Source of the DNA: Eledone cirrhosa
Lineage: Eukaryota
Reading direction: 5' to 3'
Length of the DNA stretch: 64,000 nt
Assembly: GCA_964016885.1 (NCBI GenBank)
Contig: OZ024741.1
Coordinates: 403,868,001 to 403,932,000, forward strand
This document shows, one piece after another, positions 10,850-25,206 of this stretch. Both the position numbers and the translations under genes were made by a program. The notes beneath the pieces were generated by a model that saw only the letters and a list, made by a program, of their open reading frames with translations, made no database searches and was not told where the DNA came from. How positions within the stretch are numbered: position 1 is the stretch's first letter; the number at the start of each line of letters is the position of its first letter.

Positions 10850-12135
10850 TTCTGTCACTCTCTCTCTCTTTCATTTTTTCTTTCTTTCATTGTTTTTTTC
10901 ATTCTTTCTTTCTTTCATTCGTTCTTTCTTTCTTTCTCTCTTTATTTATTTATTTCGCTCACTCTCTCTTTCCCTCTTTCTCTCCCTCTCTTTTTTATTC
11001 TTTCTTTTTTCTTTCTTTCATTCGTTCGTTCTTTCTTTCTTTCTTTCTTTCGTTCTTTCTTCCTTTCTTTCTTTCTCTCTTTATTTATTTATTTCGCTCA
11101 CTCTCTCTTTCCCTCTTTCTCTCCCTCTCTTTTTTATTCTTTCTTTTTTCTTTCTTTCATTCGTTCGTTCTTTCTTTGTTTCTTTCGTTCTTTCTTCCTT
11201 TCTTTCTTTCTCTCTTTATTTATTTATTTCGCTCACTCTCTCTTTCCCTCTTTCTCTCCCTCTCTTTTTTATTCTTTCTTTTTTCTTTCTTTCATTCGTT
11301 CGTTCTTTCTTTGTTTCTTTCGTTCTTTCTTCCTTTCTTTCTTTCTCTCTTTATTTATTTATTTCGCTCACTCTCTCTTTCCCTCTTTCTCTCCCTCTCT
11401 TTTTTATTCTTTCTTTTTTCTTTCTTTCATTCGTTCGTTCTTTCTTTCTTTCTTTCGTTCTTTCTTCCTTTCTTTCTTTCTCTCTTTATTTATTTATTTC
11501 GCTCACTCTCTCTTTCCCTCTTTCTCTCCCTCTCTTTTTTATTCTTTCTTTTTTCTTTCTTTCATTCGTTCGTTCTTTCTTTGTTTCTTTCGTTCTTTCT
11601 TCCTTTCTTTCTTTCTCTCTTTATTTATTTATTTCGCTCACTCTCTCTTTCCCTCTTTCTCTCCCTCTCTTTTTTATTCTTTCTTTTTTCTTTCTTTCAT
11701 TCGTTCGTTCTTTCTTTGTTTCTTTCGTTCTTTCTTCCTTTCTTTCTTTCTCTCTTTATTTATTTATTTCGCTCACTCTCTCTTTCCCTCTTTCTCTCCC
11801 TCTCTTTTTTATTCTTTCTTTTTTCTTTCTTTCATTCGTTCGTTCTTTCTTTGTTTCTTTCGTTCTTTCTTCCTTTCTTTCTTTCTCTCTTTATTTATTT
11901 ATTTCGCTCACTCTCTCTTTCCCTCTTTCTCTCCCTCTCTTTTTTATTCTTTCTTTTTTCTTTCTTTCATTCGTTCGTTCTTTCTTTCTTTCTTTCATTC
12001 GTTCGTTCTTTCTTTCTTTCTTTCGTTCTTTCTTCCTTTCTTTCTTTCTCTCTTTATTTATTTATTTCGCTCACTCTCTCTTTCCCTCTTTCTCTCCCTC
12101 TTTTTTCTTCTTTCTTTTTTCTTTCTTTCATTCGT

Positions 12136-12186
<51 letters not shown>

Positions 12187-12299
12187 GTCTTTCTTTCTTT
12201 CTTTCTTGCATTCTTTCTTTTTTTCTTTCTTTCTTTCTTTCTTTCTTTATTTCCTTCTTTATTTCTTTCTTTATTTATTTCGCTCTCTTTCTCTTTCTC
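10850..12299. repeat. 135-bp polypyrimidine minisatellite, about 9 units
   Basis: Marker ATTTCGCTCA recurs at 11091, 11226, 11361, 11496, 11631, 11766, 11901 (135-bp period), with looser outer units. Confidence 0.92.
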
Positions 12300-12390
12300 A
12301 TGCAGGTATGTACATGCATAATATTTACATGTATGTGTGTATATATATATGTATATGTATATATGTATATGTATATATGTATATATGTAT

Positions 12391-12449
<59 letters not shown>

Positions 12450-12671
12450 GGTACAGACCGACACTGACACAGGCACACAGACACACACATACATACACAC
12501 ACACACATACACACACATATATACACAGACACAAACACATACACATACACACACATATACACACACACAGACACAAGCACATACACATACACATACACAC
12601 ACATATACACAGACACATACACATACACAGACACAGACACAGACACAAACACATACACACACACACATAGG

Positions 12672-13152
12672 TAGATATATTTCTTTATTAGCCACAAGGG
12701 CGCACAAGAAAAGGGGACAATACAAAGACACATGCCCGGGATTTTACATACAGTCGTGTAAAAATATAAAACAAACAAATATAACAATCGAAATCCCCAA
12801 TAGGAGGGAGGCCCCACAAATGGGTTGTTTAATAGCCCGTCGATAGAACAACCCTCAACTCCAGGAGCGTGTTGTGCAAGTGCTCCTTTCTTCTTTTTGC
12901 TCTCATCTTCAACCTACAGGTTTATATACAGAAAAGGCCCAATCACTCGGGCCATTTATGCCATATTCACCCACGTTTCAGTAAATTTACTGGGGTGCAG
13001 TACCTCTCTCTCCACTCTGATTCTCCTTCTAAAGCGGTACCTAAAGACGGGAATGGGTTGTTGTCCGGAGAGAAAGGCATCTGTCCTCAGTCCTCTCAAT
13101 CTCGTCCACCATATAACCTTTCACCATAGCCACAATACAGAGGAACAGACAG
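12672..13152 (-). mobile_element. 3' fragment of an L1/Tx1-clade LINE between CA repeats
   Basis: Minus translation across a frameshift: CLFLCIVAMVK/VIWWTRLRGLRTDAFLSG...FRYRFRRRIRVERE...FTETW, like the L1/Tx1 ORF2 C-terminus, then 3' UTR with AATAAA (TTTATT at 12684). Confidence 0.65.
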
Positions 13153-13161
13153 ATAGTAGAT

Positions 13162-13287
<126 letters not shown>

Positions 13288-13593
13288 TTGTGTTTTATGA
13301 CTCTTCCTCCTAAGTTAATAATCCACATATGTCTCCAAGTAAGAAAATATCGATTTTGTATAGTTTCAAGTCGATATTTTAAACTACAACAAAGAAGAAA
13401 CAGATGTAATTCTCCATGTTGCTATTTCTTTTACAGATTTTACAATGAATTATTAAAAGTAAAGAGAGACATTGATATAATGGTGTAGGAATCGAGCTAC
13501 AGAAATACATATTTCGAAGTCAGGATATCTTCACATCTTCATAAATTGCCGCCATATTTTGTAGAAAGGTAAATGGCTATATAAATATATATA

Positions 13594-14642
13594 TAGTGGT
13601 GTAGCTAGGGTAAACGGCGCCCAGGGCAAGCATCAAAATTGCCCCCCCCCCCCCATCAAAAAATCAAGATCCACAAAGACGAAATTGCGGTAGAATTTAT
13701 AATAAAAAAACAAAAAACGGTTACAACTTGATTTTTCGGGCTTTTAATGAGGCAAACTGGTTGGTAATTTCCTCGAAATCAGTTCGTTCAAACTCTTCGA
13801 TTTCTACACTCAAAAGGGCGAGGTCAGTCAGCCGTTGTTGGTCCATTGAAGTTCGCAAACACGAATGTTTTAGCTTTAGCTTTCTGAACGACCTCTCATA
13901 ACTGCCAATTGAAATAGAAATCGTCAACATTATTTGAATGCTGATTCGTAAATTGGGAAAAACACATTCATCGCCGTATTGTATGATGAATTGGAGAAGT
14001 GCCTCCGGCTTTAAAATTGGGTCACCTGTCCTAGTAGCCAGCAAAGATCGGCAGTCCAAGATTTCCTCATACAATTGCTCTCTGTCGATATCGGAGTTGT
14101 ATAGTTTCGCAAGACTGTTGCACCTTTGTTTAAGGACAAGGTTATCAGGAGCAGCCAAATAAAACAGATAGTTGACATCAAGAAGAAAGCCAAAACTTGA
14201 GTCGGTTTCCTTAAGTTGAATAAACCGCTCTTCCATTTCTGTTTGAAGACGATTGAGTGAACTTTGCATTGCTCTCTCTATCTCTTTCTTGGCAGCCACC
14301 TCGACGTCCTCAGTAATTTCGGTATTGGTTTGTCGTCTTCCTCGTCTCCTCGGAAAATCGACATTCTATTTCTGGCATAATTGCAACCCACCCTGCTGTC
14401 AGTGTTGAGGGGGGGGGGGGGGGCGTTTTTGTGAAGTCAAATCAGACATCTGCTCTATCTAGTGCACTAGACATGGCGTGGAACTCGGCTATCAAGAAAT
14501 CATATGCTTCATTTTTGGCTTATATTTTTTAAAATGATAAAAATGACATGGATGTAAATCGATCTAGGTCGCAATTGCGCCCCCCCCCCCTAAATATGGC
14601 GCCCGTGGCATGTGCCCTGCTTGCCACACCCTAGTTATGCCA

Positions 14643-14645
<3 letters not shown>
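13594..14645 (-). mobile_element. Internally deleted hAT DNA transposon
   Basis: Imperfect TIRs TAGTGGTGTAGCTAGGGT / ACCCTAGTTATGCCACTG; TATATATA on both sides is compatible with an 8-bp TSD; GGCGCCC subterminal motifs. Confidence 0.85.
13721..14375 (-). pseudogene. hAT transposase C-terminal part with dimerization domain
   Basis: FPNLRISIQIMLTISISIGSYERSFRKLKLKHSCLRTSMDQQRLTDLALLSVE; N-terminal and catalytic regions missing. Confidence 0.9.
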
Positions 14646-14726
<81 letters not shown>

Positions 14727-14730
14727 GTAT

Positions 14731-14762
<32 letters not shown>

Positions 14763-14890
14763 ATATGTATATATATGTATATATATATTTATATATATAT
14801 GTATATATATATGTATAAATTTATATATATATATTTCGTTTCTGAATTTGTTTAGCAAGATTCTTTATCTGAAATCGTGTGTTGAAACCG

Positions 14891-15897
14891 ATATTGTTAT
14901 ACTTTGGGAGGGTCATGTTGCCAATAAGAAACACACGCACCAGTTGCTTTCACTTCAATTTAATTTATTATATATTTATAAATTTACAAATTTATAAATT
15001 TCTGGTTGGTTGGTTGGTTCCACAACCAGATAGTTGTTTATATATATATAGTCATAGTTCTTTCGTCACACACTCTGTGACCTCTTCAGTGACTGGGGAT
15101 TTCTTTCTTCGTTTCTGTGCCTTTCCTTTCTTCTATCCTACGCCATTTTGTTTGTGTGTGGGTTGCGTGCTCACTTTGCGCATGCGCCACATCCGGGTGT
15201 CTGTGTGTGTTTGTGTTCATTTTTCTATTTTTCTATTTATATTTTTCTATTTGTTTGTTTATTTATTTATTTATTGTTGGTTGGTTGTTTGTTCTATGTG
15301 TGTGTGTGTTTTCATTTTGTCCTTAATTGTAAGTTGTGATGTTGCTGTTCCACTCATATTTTCTATTTAATTTTGGTTTTAATCCTTTTATGCTTACTGC
15401 CTCTGTAATTTGTCTAAACATTGCGTCTTTCTTGTGTGTGGATTCTATTTTTATTTCTATGCTCTCTAATTTACCCCTGTGTTCTATCTTAGCATGTTGG
15501 TAGAGCACAGATGATTCTTTATTATCTTGGAGGTCTCGCCAGTGTTCATTTATTCGTTCCCCTATACTACGAGCTGTCTCACCTATGTACACTATATTTT
15601 TGTTTCTACATTGTCCTTCGGTACATCTTATGCTATATACTACATTTCTAGTTTTACAGTTAATATGGGGGCTTATTTTACAGGTTATACATTTCTTATC
15701 TATACATGAGGGTCTTTGGAACGGGTATGTCTTGCTAATAAGTATTTTTACGGAGGTACCAGGTCTTTCTACTATCTTAATATTGAGATTATGTTTCTTT
15801 AGGGCCCTTCTAAATTTGTAGGCTAGTTCGCCTCTAGGGGTTGTATTGATGAACATTACACTCTGGTATTTATTGCTATCATACCATGAGTTTATTC
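14891..15897 (-). mobile_element. Penelope-like 3' fragment (GIY-YIG + pLTR), left arm of a 2.1-kb palindrome
   Basis: ORF 15913-15323: CIDKKCITC, VVYSIRC...YIGETARSIGERINEH, RQITEAVSI...PKLN. Confidence 0.92.
15050..15094 (-). ncRNA. Penelope pLTR hammerhead ribozyme (left arm)
   Basis: Reverse complement of 16786-16830. Confidence 0.75.
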
Positions 15898-15901
15898 TAT
15901 T

Positions 15902-16983
15902 GAATAAACTCATGGTATGATAGCAATAAATACCAGAGTGTAATGTTCATCAATACAACCCCTAGAGGCGAACTAGCCTACAAATTTAGAAGGGCCCTAA
16001 AGAAACATAATCTCAATATTAAGATAGTAGAAAGACCTGGTACCTCCGTAAAAACACTTATTAGCAAGACATACCCGTTCCAAAGACCCTCATGTATAGA
16101 TAAGAAATGTATAACCTGTAAAATAAGCCCCCATATTAACTGTAAAACTAGAAATGTAGTATATAGCATAAGATGTACCGAAGGACAATGTAGAAACAAA
16201 AATATAGTGTACATAGGTGAGACAGCTCGTAGTATAGGGGAACGAATAAATGAACACTGGCGAGACCTCCAAGATAATAAAGAATCATCTGTGCTCTACC
16301 AACATGCTAAGATAGAACACAGGGGTAAATTAGAGAGCATAGAAATAAAAATAGAATCCACACACAAGAAAGACGCAATGTTTAGGCAAATTACAGAGGC
16401 AGTAAGCATAAAAGAATTAAAACCAAAATTAAATAGAAAATATGAGTGGAACAGCAACATCACAACTTACAATTAAGGACACAATGAAAACACACACACA
16501 CATAGAACAAACAACTTACAATTGAAAACACACACAAAATGAAAACACACACAAGACAAAATGAAAACACACACATACATAGAACAAACAACCAACCAAC
16601 AATAAATAAATAAATAAATAAACAAACAAATAGAAAAATATAAATAGAAAAATAGAAAAATGAACACAAACACACACAGACACCCGGATGTGGCGCATGC
16701 GCAAACTGAGCACGCAACCCACACACAAACAAAATGGCGTAGGATAGAAGAAAGGAAAGGCACAGAAACGAAGAAAGAAATCCCCAGTCACTGAAGAGGT
16801 CACAGAGTGTGTGACGAAAGAACTATGACTATATATATATATAAACAACTATCTGGTTGTGGAACCAACCAACCAACCAGAAATTTATAAATTTGTAAAT
16901 TTATAAATATATAATAAATTAAATTGAAGAGAAAGTAACTGGTGCGTGTGTTTCTTATTGGCAACATGACCCTCCCAAAGTAT

Positions 16984-16991
<8 letters not shown>
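15902..16991 (+). mobile_element. Penelope-like 3' fragment (GIY-YIG + pLTR), right arm of the palindrome
   Basis: ORF 15943-16476 differs from the left arm at two residues; the arms meet at GAGTTTATTC-TATT-GAATAAACTC. Confidence 0.92.
16786..16830 (+). ncRNA. Penelope pLTR hammerhead ribozyme (right arm)
   Basis: AGUCA-CUGAAGA-G-GUCACA GAGUG UGUGAC-GAAA-GAAC-UA-UGACU, about 310 nt downstream of the GIY-YIG stop. Confidence 0.78.
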
Positions 16992-17070
<79 letters not shown>

Positions 17071-17111
17071 GTGTATATATATGTATATATATATGTATAT
17101 ATATATGTATA

Positions 17112-17177
<66 letters not shown>

Positions 17178-17211
17178 TATATATATATGTATATATATAT
17201 ATATATGTATA

Positions 17212-17279
<68 letters not shown>

Positions 17280-17280
17280 T
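16988..17280. repeat. Long imperfect (TA)n microsatellite
   Basis: Directly visible; similar tracts at 14646-14835, 19692-19921, 24636-24871 and many shorter ones. Confidence 0.97.
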
Positions 17281-19794
<2,514 letters not shown>

Positions 19795-19796
19795 CG

Positions 19797-19924
<128 letters not shown>

Positions 19925-20020
19925 GGAGGTGTGTTTTATTGTAGCACAATGAAGCAATGCAAATATCGGATAAGTAGCACTCAACAGTTTATAAGACTGG
20001 AGTATAAATAATATAAAATA

Positions 20021-20704
20021 AAAAGATGGTTAAAAGACTTCCATGTATTTTATTATGCGCATTTCAAAAACAAATATCATCATGGGATGATATCTGCGTT
20101 CTCATCAGATAAAATAGAGAGACATGATATGAAGCTTAAAAAACACTTACGAGCAGTGAAGTGTTAAATCAACATATGAAAAATAAAATAAGATTGATAT
20201 ATGAGATTGGAAAAAAGGAAAGGAAGGGGGGAAGGAAAAGGTAAGGAAGAGGAAGAAAGAATATAGATAGAAGAAAAAAATATAATAATAAGGAAAGGAT
20301 GACGGAGGTGGAGTATAAGAAGGAAGGATGAGAGAGGAGGAGAAAATGAGTTAGAGAGAGAGAGAGAGATAACCTTTAATACTGAGAAACACTGTATCAC
20401 AGAGAAAAATAAAAAAAACCGTCGTAAGATAATACATAATTTAAAAAATTATGTATAATTTAATTATGCATAATTTAAAAAATTAAGAAATTAAAAGTTA
20501 ATGAGGTTTATGAATGGTGATGCTTATGATTAAAGAAAAAGGAATTAAGAATACTATTTATTTAAGGTTTATATATTGAAGGGTTAAATAAATTTTTCTC
20601 TGTGAGACAGTGTTTCTCAGTATTAAAGGTTCTCTCCCTCTCACTCACTGATTTTCTCCTCCCCTCTCATCCTTTCCTTATTATTATATTTTTTTCTTCT
20701 ATCT
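20021..20704 (-). mobile_element. Family B hammerhead-bearing repeat with a partial inverted copy attached (20593-20704)
   Basis: 20021-20588 is the reverse complement of about 8715-9318; 20593-20704 repeats part of it in the opposite orientation, as in Penelope insertions. Confidence 0.75.
20046..20116 (-). ncRNA. Type I hammerhead ribozyme, family B, intact core
   Basis: UAUUUUAU-CUGAUGA-GAAC GCAGAUAUCAUC CCAU GAUGAUAUUUGU UUUU-GAAA-UGCGCA-UA-AUAAAAUA. Confidence 0.85.
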
Positions 20705-21256
20705 AAATGCAAAAACAGAAATTTTCACCAGTTACCCCCACATGAAATCACACTTGCTTTCCAGCTCATATAAACTTAACTCACTTTCAGATACTTATCC
20801 TCCATAAACTCTTGTTCTTCACTTTCCTTAAATTACCCTCTTTACAGACTTCTCTTTCTGATTTACTTTTATTTTTATTTTTAACTTTATTTTTACTTCA
20901 CATCCACCAATGACCCCTCCCTCTGCTTTTTGATTCACTTACTTTATATCTTCACAATTTTATATATTTTACTTCCCCATTTTCTTTCACTACCTGATAT
21001 CACATGTCACTTGCGTTTTCAACTCCAGATGTATTCTGTTGTGTCTCAGCCGCTTCTATGTATGTTTACTTGCGTATAATTTCTACTCATGTATTCATAC
21101 GGCTGGTTTTTATATTGTATCTATGCGTGTGAGCGTGCATGTGTGTGTATGCGCGTTTGTATATGTATACGAATGCATTCGTATGTGCGCGTGTGTGTGT
21201 ATATGTGTGTGTGTATGTGTGTTTTTATACCTGTGTTTTTTACATACTGATGTATA

Positions 21257-21335
<79 letters not shown>

Positions 21336-21651
21336 ATGTATGTATGTACGTATATATATATGTTCTTCGTGTGTATGTATGCGCGCCTTTGTATGTATGT
21401 ACGCATTTATATGCTTTTGTCTGTACGTATTTATATATAATATAAGTATGTATACGTACATACATATCTGTATACAGACGTACAGTAATATGTATATATA
21501 TATACATACATGCACACATATATATATATGTACGTATGGATTCACCGAACATTTATTATAATGCTCGGTGTGTTTGTAAACAAACATCCCGAATTAAGCC
21601 GTACAGTGTCTAGCAACCATCGTTGCTCATTTGTTCAACACTGACAAAGGA

Positions 21652-21694
21652 ACGCTGTACTAGTTTCAAGCTTATTAGCTATCGTCAGCAACGT
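21652..21694 (-). ncRNA. Minimal type I hammerhead ribozyme
   Basis: ACGUUG-CUGACGA-U AGCU AAUA AGCU U-GAAA-CUAG-UA-CAGCGU; palindromic stem III. Confidence 0.82.
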
Positions 21695-21811
21695 ATACCT
21701 TCCTGCCAGATGGTTGAACGTGTGAAAGTATATACTTTCCTTATGTATATTAACGGCTAGGCAGCCTATTTTGCATATCGAGTGAGTTAATCGGCCGGGG
21801 TACCGAAAACG

Positions 21812-22060
21812 ATAAACGGAAAAAATGAAACGAAATTTCATTTCTCACTCTTAGTACGGCTGTTACTTAAATATAAGTATGTATACATACATACATATAT
21901 GTATACAGACGTACAGTAGTATGTATATATATATACATACATGCACACATATATATATGTACGTCTGTATACATATATGTATGTACGTATACATACTTAT
22001 ATTTAAGTAACAGCCGTACTAAGAGTGAGAAATGAAATTTCGTTTCATTTTTCCGTCTAT
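21812..22060. repeat. Fold-back inverted repeat, about 100-bp arms; 21868-21965 also directly repeats 21436-21537
   Basis: GAAACGAAATTTCATTTCTCACTCTTAGTACGGCTGTTACTTAAATATAAG and its reverse complement at about 21996-22046. Confidence 0.88.
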
Positions 22061-22673
22061 TTATATATATATTTTTATATATATATGTGTATATACGAAC
22101 CTATGTTATTTTCTATTTTTTTCTAGTGTTACTTTATAATTAATAACCCCTCCCTCTTACTTTCTCTTTGATTTAATTTTTTTATTCTCATATATTTTTA
22201 CATTTTTTCGTTTTTATATATGCATCGACCTTAAGCCTGAAACTGCTTTGACTGATACACTCCCTTCCCTGTATATATCACTCGCATGTATGTGGTTGCG
22301 CGTGTGTTGGTGTTTATACGCGTGCTTTCATACTTGTATGTGTATATATTTCAATCCTTAGTACCTGAGTCTGGATTTACGTTAACTCTATTATCTTACA
22401 ATTTCTTTTTCAACATATATTATATATGTATTTGTGGTCACACATACACTGATATGCTTGCCCTCATATATGTACTTACGCACACATTTTTTCACTATAC
22501 ACACATATGTACATTTGTGAGTGAATATACACACATTTATACACATACCCTAACTATATTTCCTTATTTTATTTTTATATATCTCTTGCATTACTTTTAT
22601 TTATATATTTTTTTTGCTCGTTAAACTTTTGCCTTTCTTGAGGAGATTTTTCAAATATTTCACTATGTTTTAC

Positions 22674-22749
22674 ATTGCCTTGTCCGACGAACGAATGAGG
22701 ACGTTTCTTGTATTCGTCTTATTCGGGAAACCTCTGGTAATGAGGTAAT
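22674..22749 (+). ncRNA. Type I hammerhead candidate with CCGACGA core
   Basis: AUUGCCUUGU-CCGACGA-AC GAAUGAGGACG...CGUCUUAUUC GG-GAAA-CC UCU GG-UA-AUGAGGUAAU; 10-bp stem I including G-U pairs. Confidence 0.7.
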
Positions 22750-22771
22750 TATATTGTATTGTTTATTATAC

Positions 22772-22817
<46 letters not shown>

Positions 22818-22910
22818 ATATATTAATAAATGGTAACTGACTATCCAGCGAATTTTCAACCGTCAAGGTTATTTTCCACGGTTATGTCACTATTTATAAA
22901 ACAAATATTG

Positions 22911-22975
22911 TATTTTATCTGATGAAAGCGCACCAAGATTGCCTTGGTTTCCCTTGAAACATATATAATAAAATA
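22911..22975 (+). ncRNA. Type I hammerhead ribozyme, family A, copy 2
   Basis: Homologous to 2891-2955 within a shared segment of about 155 bp (2845-2998 vs 22865-23018); core CUGAUGA...GAAAC. Confidence 0.8.
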
Positions 22976-23129
22976 ATTATGGTTTTATAAATATAGTTTC
23001 CATTTATTAATATATTGAATAATTACTCCAGTAAACTGTTGAGTGCTCTATATCAGTTATAAACTTTTAAGTTTGTTGGAATCCCAACAAATTAAATATA
23101 ACTTCTGCATATATATATATATATATATA

Positions 23130-23713
23130 TGTAAATTAATTTTGATTTATTTTTAAAAATTGGTTGAATTTTACTTGTTTTGCTTATCTTGATATTAAGT
23201 TCTGGTATATCAAATTATTACCATAGAACCACCTTAAATCATAGACACTCTATGTATTTCTGGGGGTACATTGTACCCTCAGATATATTAACCTTATTCA
23301 TTATTCTCCAATTATGTAGAGAAAAAACTCTGTCGTTCTATCTAGCTGGTAAACATTTTTTTTGGTAGCGAACATAGACAACAAGTCTACGATTTCCCGC
23401 CTTCACTATACACCAACGTATTTATGGGTCACTTTCACGACCTTTCAGACCTGTATTAGTTGGAGTGAGGTCATATATTTTATCGTTCCTGGGGTTTTTA
23501 ACCCTAGGAAAGGAAAATGCTTCTCTGATGATCTTTGCTTTTCCATTAATATCCACGTGATATCTAATGTTTTGCAACGTAAAACTGTACAGTAAGGGCT
23601 ATTTGAATAGGTAAATATTTATATTATATTTTTTAATTTTGATTAATTTTAATTGTAAATTAATTTTGATTTATTTTGAAAAATTGGTTGAATTTTACTT
23701 GTTCTGCTTATCT

Positions 23714-23718
<5 letters not shown>
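23130..23718. repeat. Segment bounded by about 64-bp direct repeats between two (TA)n tracts
   Basis: TGTAAATTAATTTTGATTTATTTT.AAAAATTGGTTGAATTTTACTTGTT.TGCTTATCTTGATAT at about 23130-23194 and 23654-23718. Confidence 0.8.
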
Positions 23719-23800
<82 letters not shown>

Positions 23801-24336
23801 CGTGTGTGTGTGTGTGTGTGTGTATGTATATAATATAGGAAAAGAGTCAGGACCCCGACAGCTGAACTCCGGCCGTTTCGACAGCTGTTCAGACCTAGTT
23901 GTTGAAAGGTATTACTGAATTACGGTAGTTACATCACCCAATTAAATATATCCTCTTTGTAAACCCTTGTTCACTACCTCGTTTTCCATTACTATTTTTT
24001 ATGTCACACAATTTTATGACATTGCCAATATCTTCTTCTCTGCGTTTATAGAACTGAGTGACAACATGAATGTCTGTGGTTAAAGAAACGATGAAAAGAG
24101 AGAAAGAAGCAGCCGCCAAGTGGAATCCATGGAGCCTGATTTAATATGGTTGAAAATAACACAATTTTATGCACCCTGCGTCTTTGGATGTATCTGTTGG
24201 TAGACCCGTAACACCTGGTGTTATGTCCACCGAAGTGATATACGGCGTATCTTCAACATTTTAAACTTGGCGGAATCCATTCCCTCGCCAGGTCTGATCA
24301 TGACTAGTTCCTTCCAGAGGAGTGATATATATATAT

Positions 24337-24419
24337 ACCTGGAGTTGCGACCGATAGATAGTATCAGCAACGGAAACATTGCTTCCTCGGTCCGATTTGA
24401 CGAAAGTCAATCGATCCTT

Positions 24420-24420
<1 letters not shown>
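24337..24420 (+). repeat. Unclassified dispersed repeat, inverted copy at 28731-28828
   Basis: TACCTGGAGTTGCGACCGATAGATA...GGAAACATTG...CGAAAGTC.ATCGATCCTTTT in both places. Confidence 0.75.
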
Positions 24421-24451
<31 letters not shown>

Positions 24452-24523
24452 CATGAGTCCCTGGATCAATCGGGGGTGACCAGAGTTAGTAAAATACTCA
24501 ATACATTATTTGAGTTTAAACAT

Positions 24524-24633
24524 TGTTTCATATAGAAATGGCTTCTGCAGGGCTAGAATTGTTTCATTCAAAAGAAATAAGTCCTTTTGAATGAAAGAGT
24601 TCTCGTCCTGTAGAAGCCATTTTATATGAAACA
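24524..24633. repeat. Imperfect 110-bp hairpin made of two hammerhead 3' halves
   Basis: TGTTTCATATAGAAATGGCTTCTGCAGG...TTTCATTCAAAAG / CTTTTGAATGAAA...CCTGTAGAAGCCATTTTATATGAAACA. Confidence 0.8.
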
Positions 24634-24759
<126 letters not shown>

Positions 24760-24765
24760 GTAGAA

Positions 24766-24815
24766 AGGCTTCTACAGGACTAGAACTGTTTCATTTGGGA
24801 GAAATCATCAGAAAG

Positions 24816-24818
<3 letters not shown>
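24766..24818 (-). ncRNA. Type I hammerhead ribozyme isolated inside a (TA)n tract
   Basis: AGGCUUU-CUGAUGA-UUUCUCCCAAAU-GAAA-CAG UUCUAGUC CUG-UA-GAAGCCU; weak stem II. Confidence 0.75.
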
Positions 24819-24872
<54 letters not shown>

Positions 24873-24928
24873 GTGGGAAAGTAAGAAATCGGAGAATAGA
24901 CCGTTAAAACATGTTTATTTAAAACACC

Positions 24929-24966
24929 ACCTACGTACGTTTCGCCCAGTTGGGAATCTCAAGGGT
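24929..24966 (-). ncRNA. Degenerate hammerhead-like motif
   Basis: ACC-CUUGAGA-UUCCC AACU GGGC-GAAA-CGUACG-UA-GGU; palindromic stem III but damaged 5' core. Confidence 0.4.
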
Positions 24967-25152
24967 ATAAATAATCAAAAGTGTTCTTTACATTGCTCGG
25001 AAAGAGTTTTTGGAGTTAAATCCACGTCAAGGTTCATTGCTCGCAAAAATAGCCTGTTTTGATTTTGCAGCAGGTCAAGGGAGGTAACTCTGGCCGGTGT
25101 TAGGGCAGTCTTTCCCGGACAAATTTTTTTTATCTGCTACGAGATGAGGTTA

Positions 25153-25204
<52 letters not shown>

Positions 25205-25206
<2 letters not shown>

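Noticed and set aside
10831-12430. About 500-aa Phe/Ser/Leu ORFs in three frames
   Set aside because: By-product of a pyrimidine-only 135-bp repeat that cannot form stop codons.
23852-23895. Hammerhead on minus strand (CGAAACGGC...GCUGUC-GGGGUCC)
   Set aside because: Only stem III and a GUC site are present; the 5' core and stem I partner are missing.
23934-24320. Possible host exon or transposon coding remnant
   Set aside because: The frames I translated contain stops and no recognisable domain or convincing splice pair.
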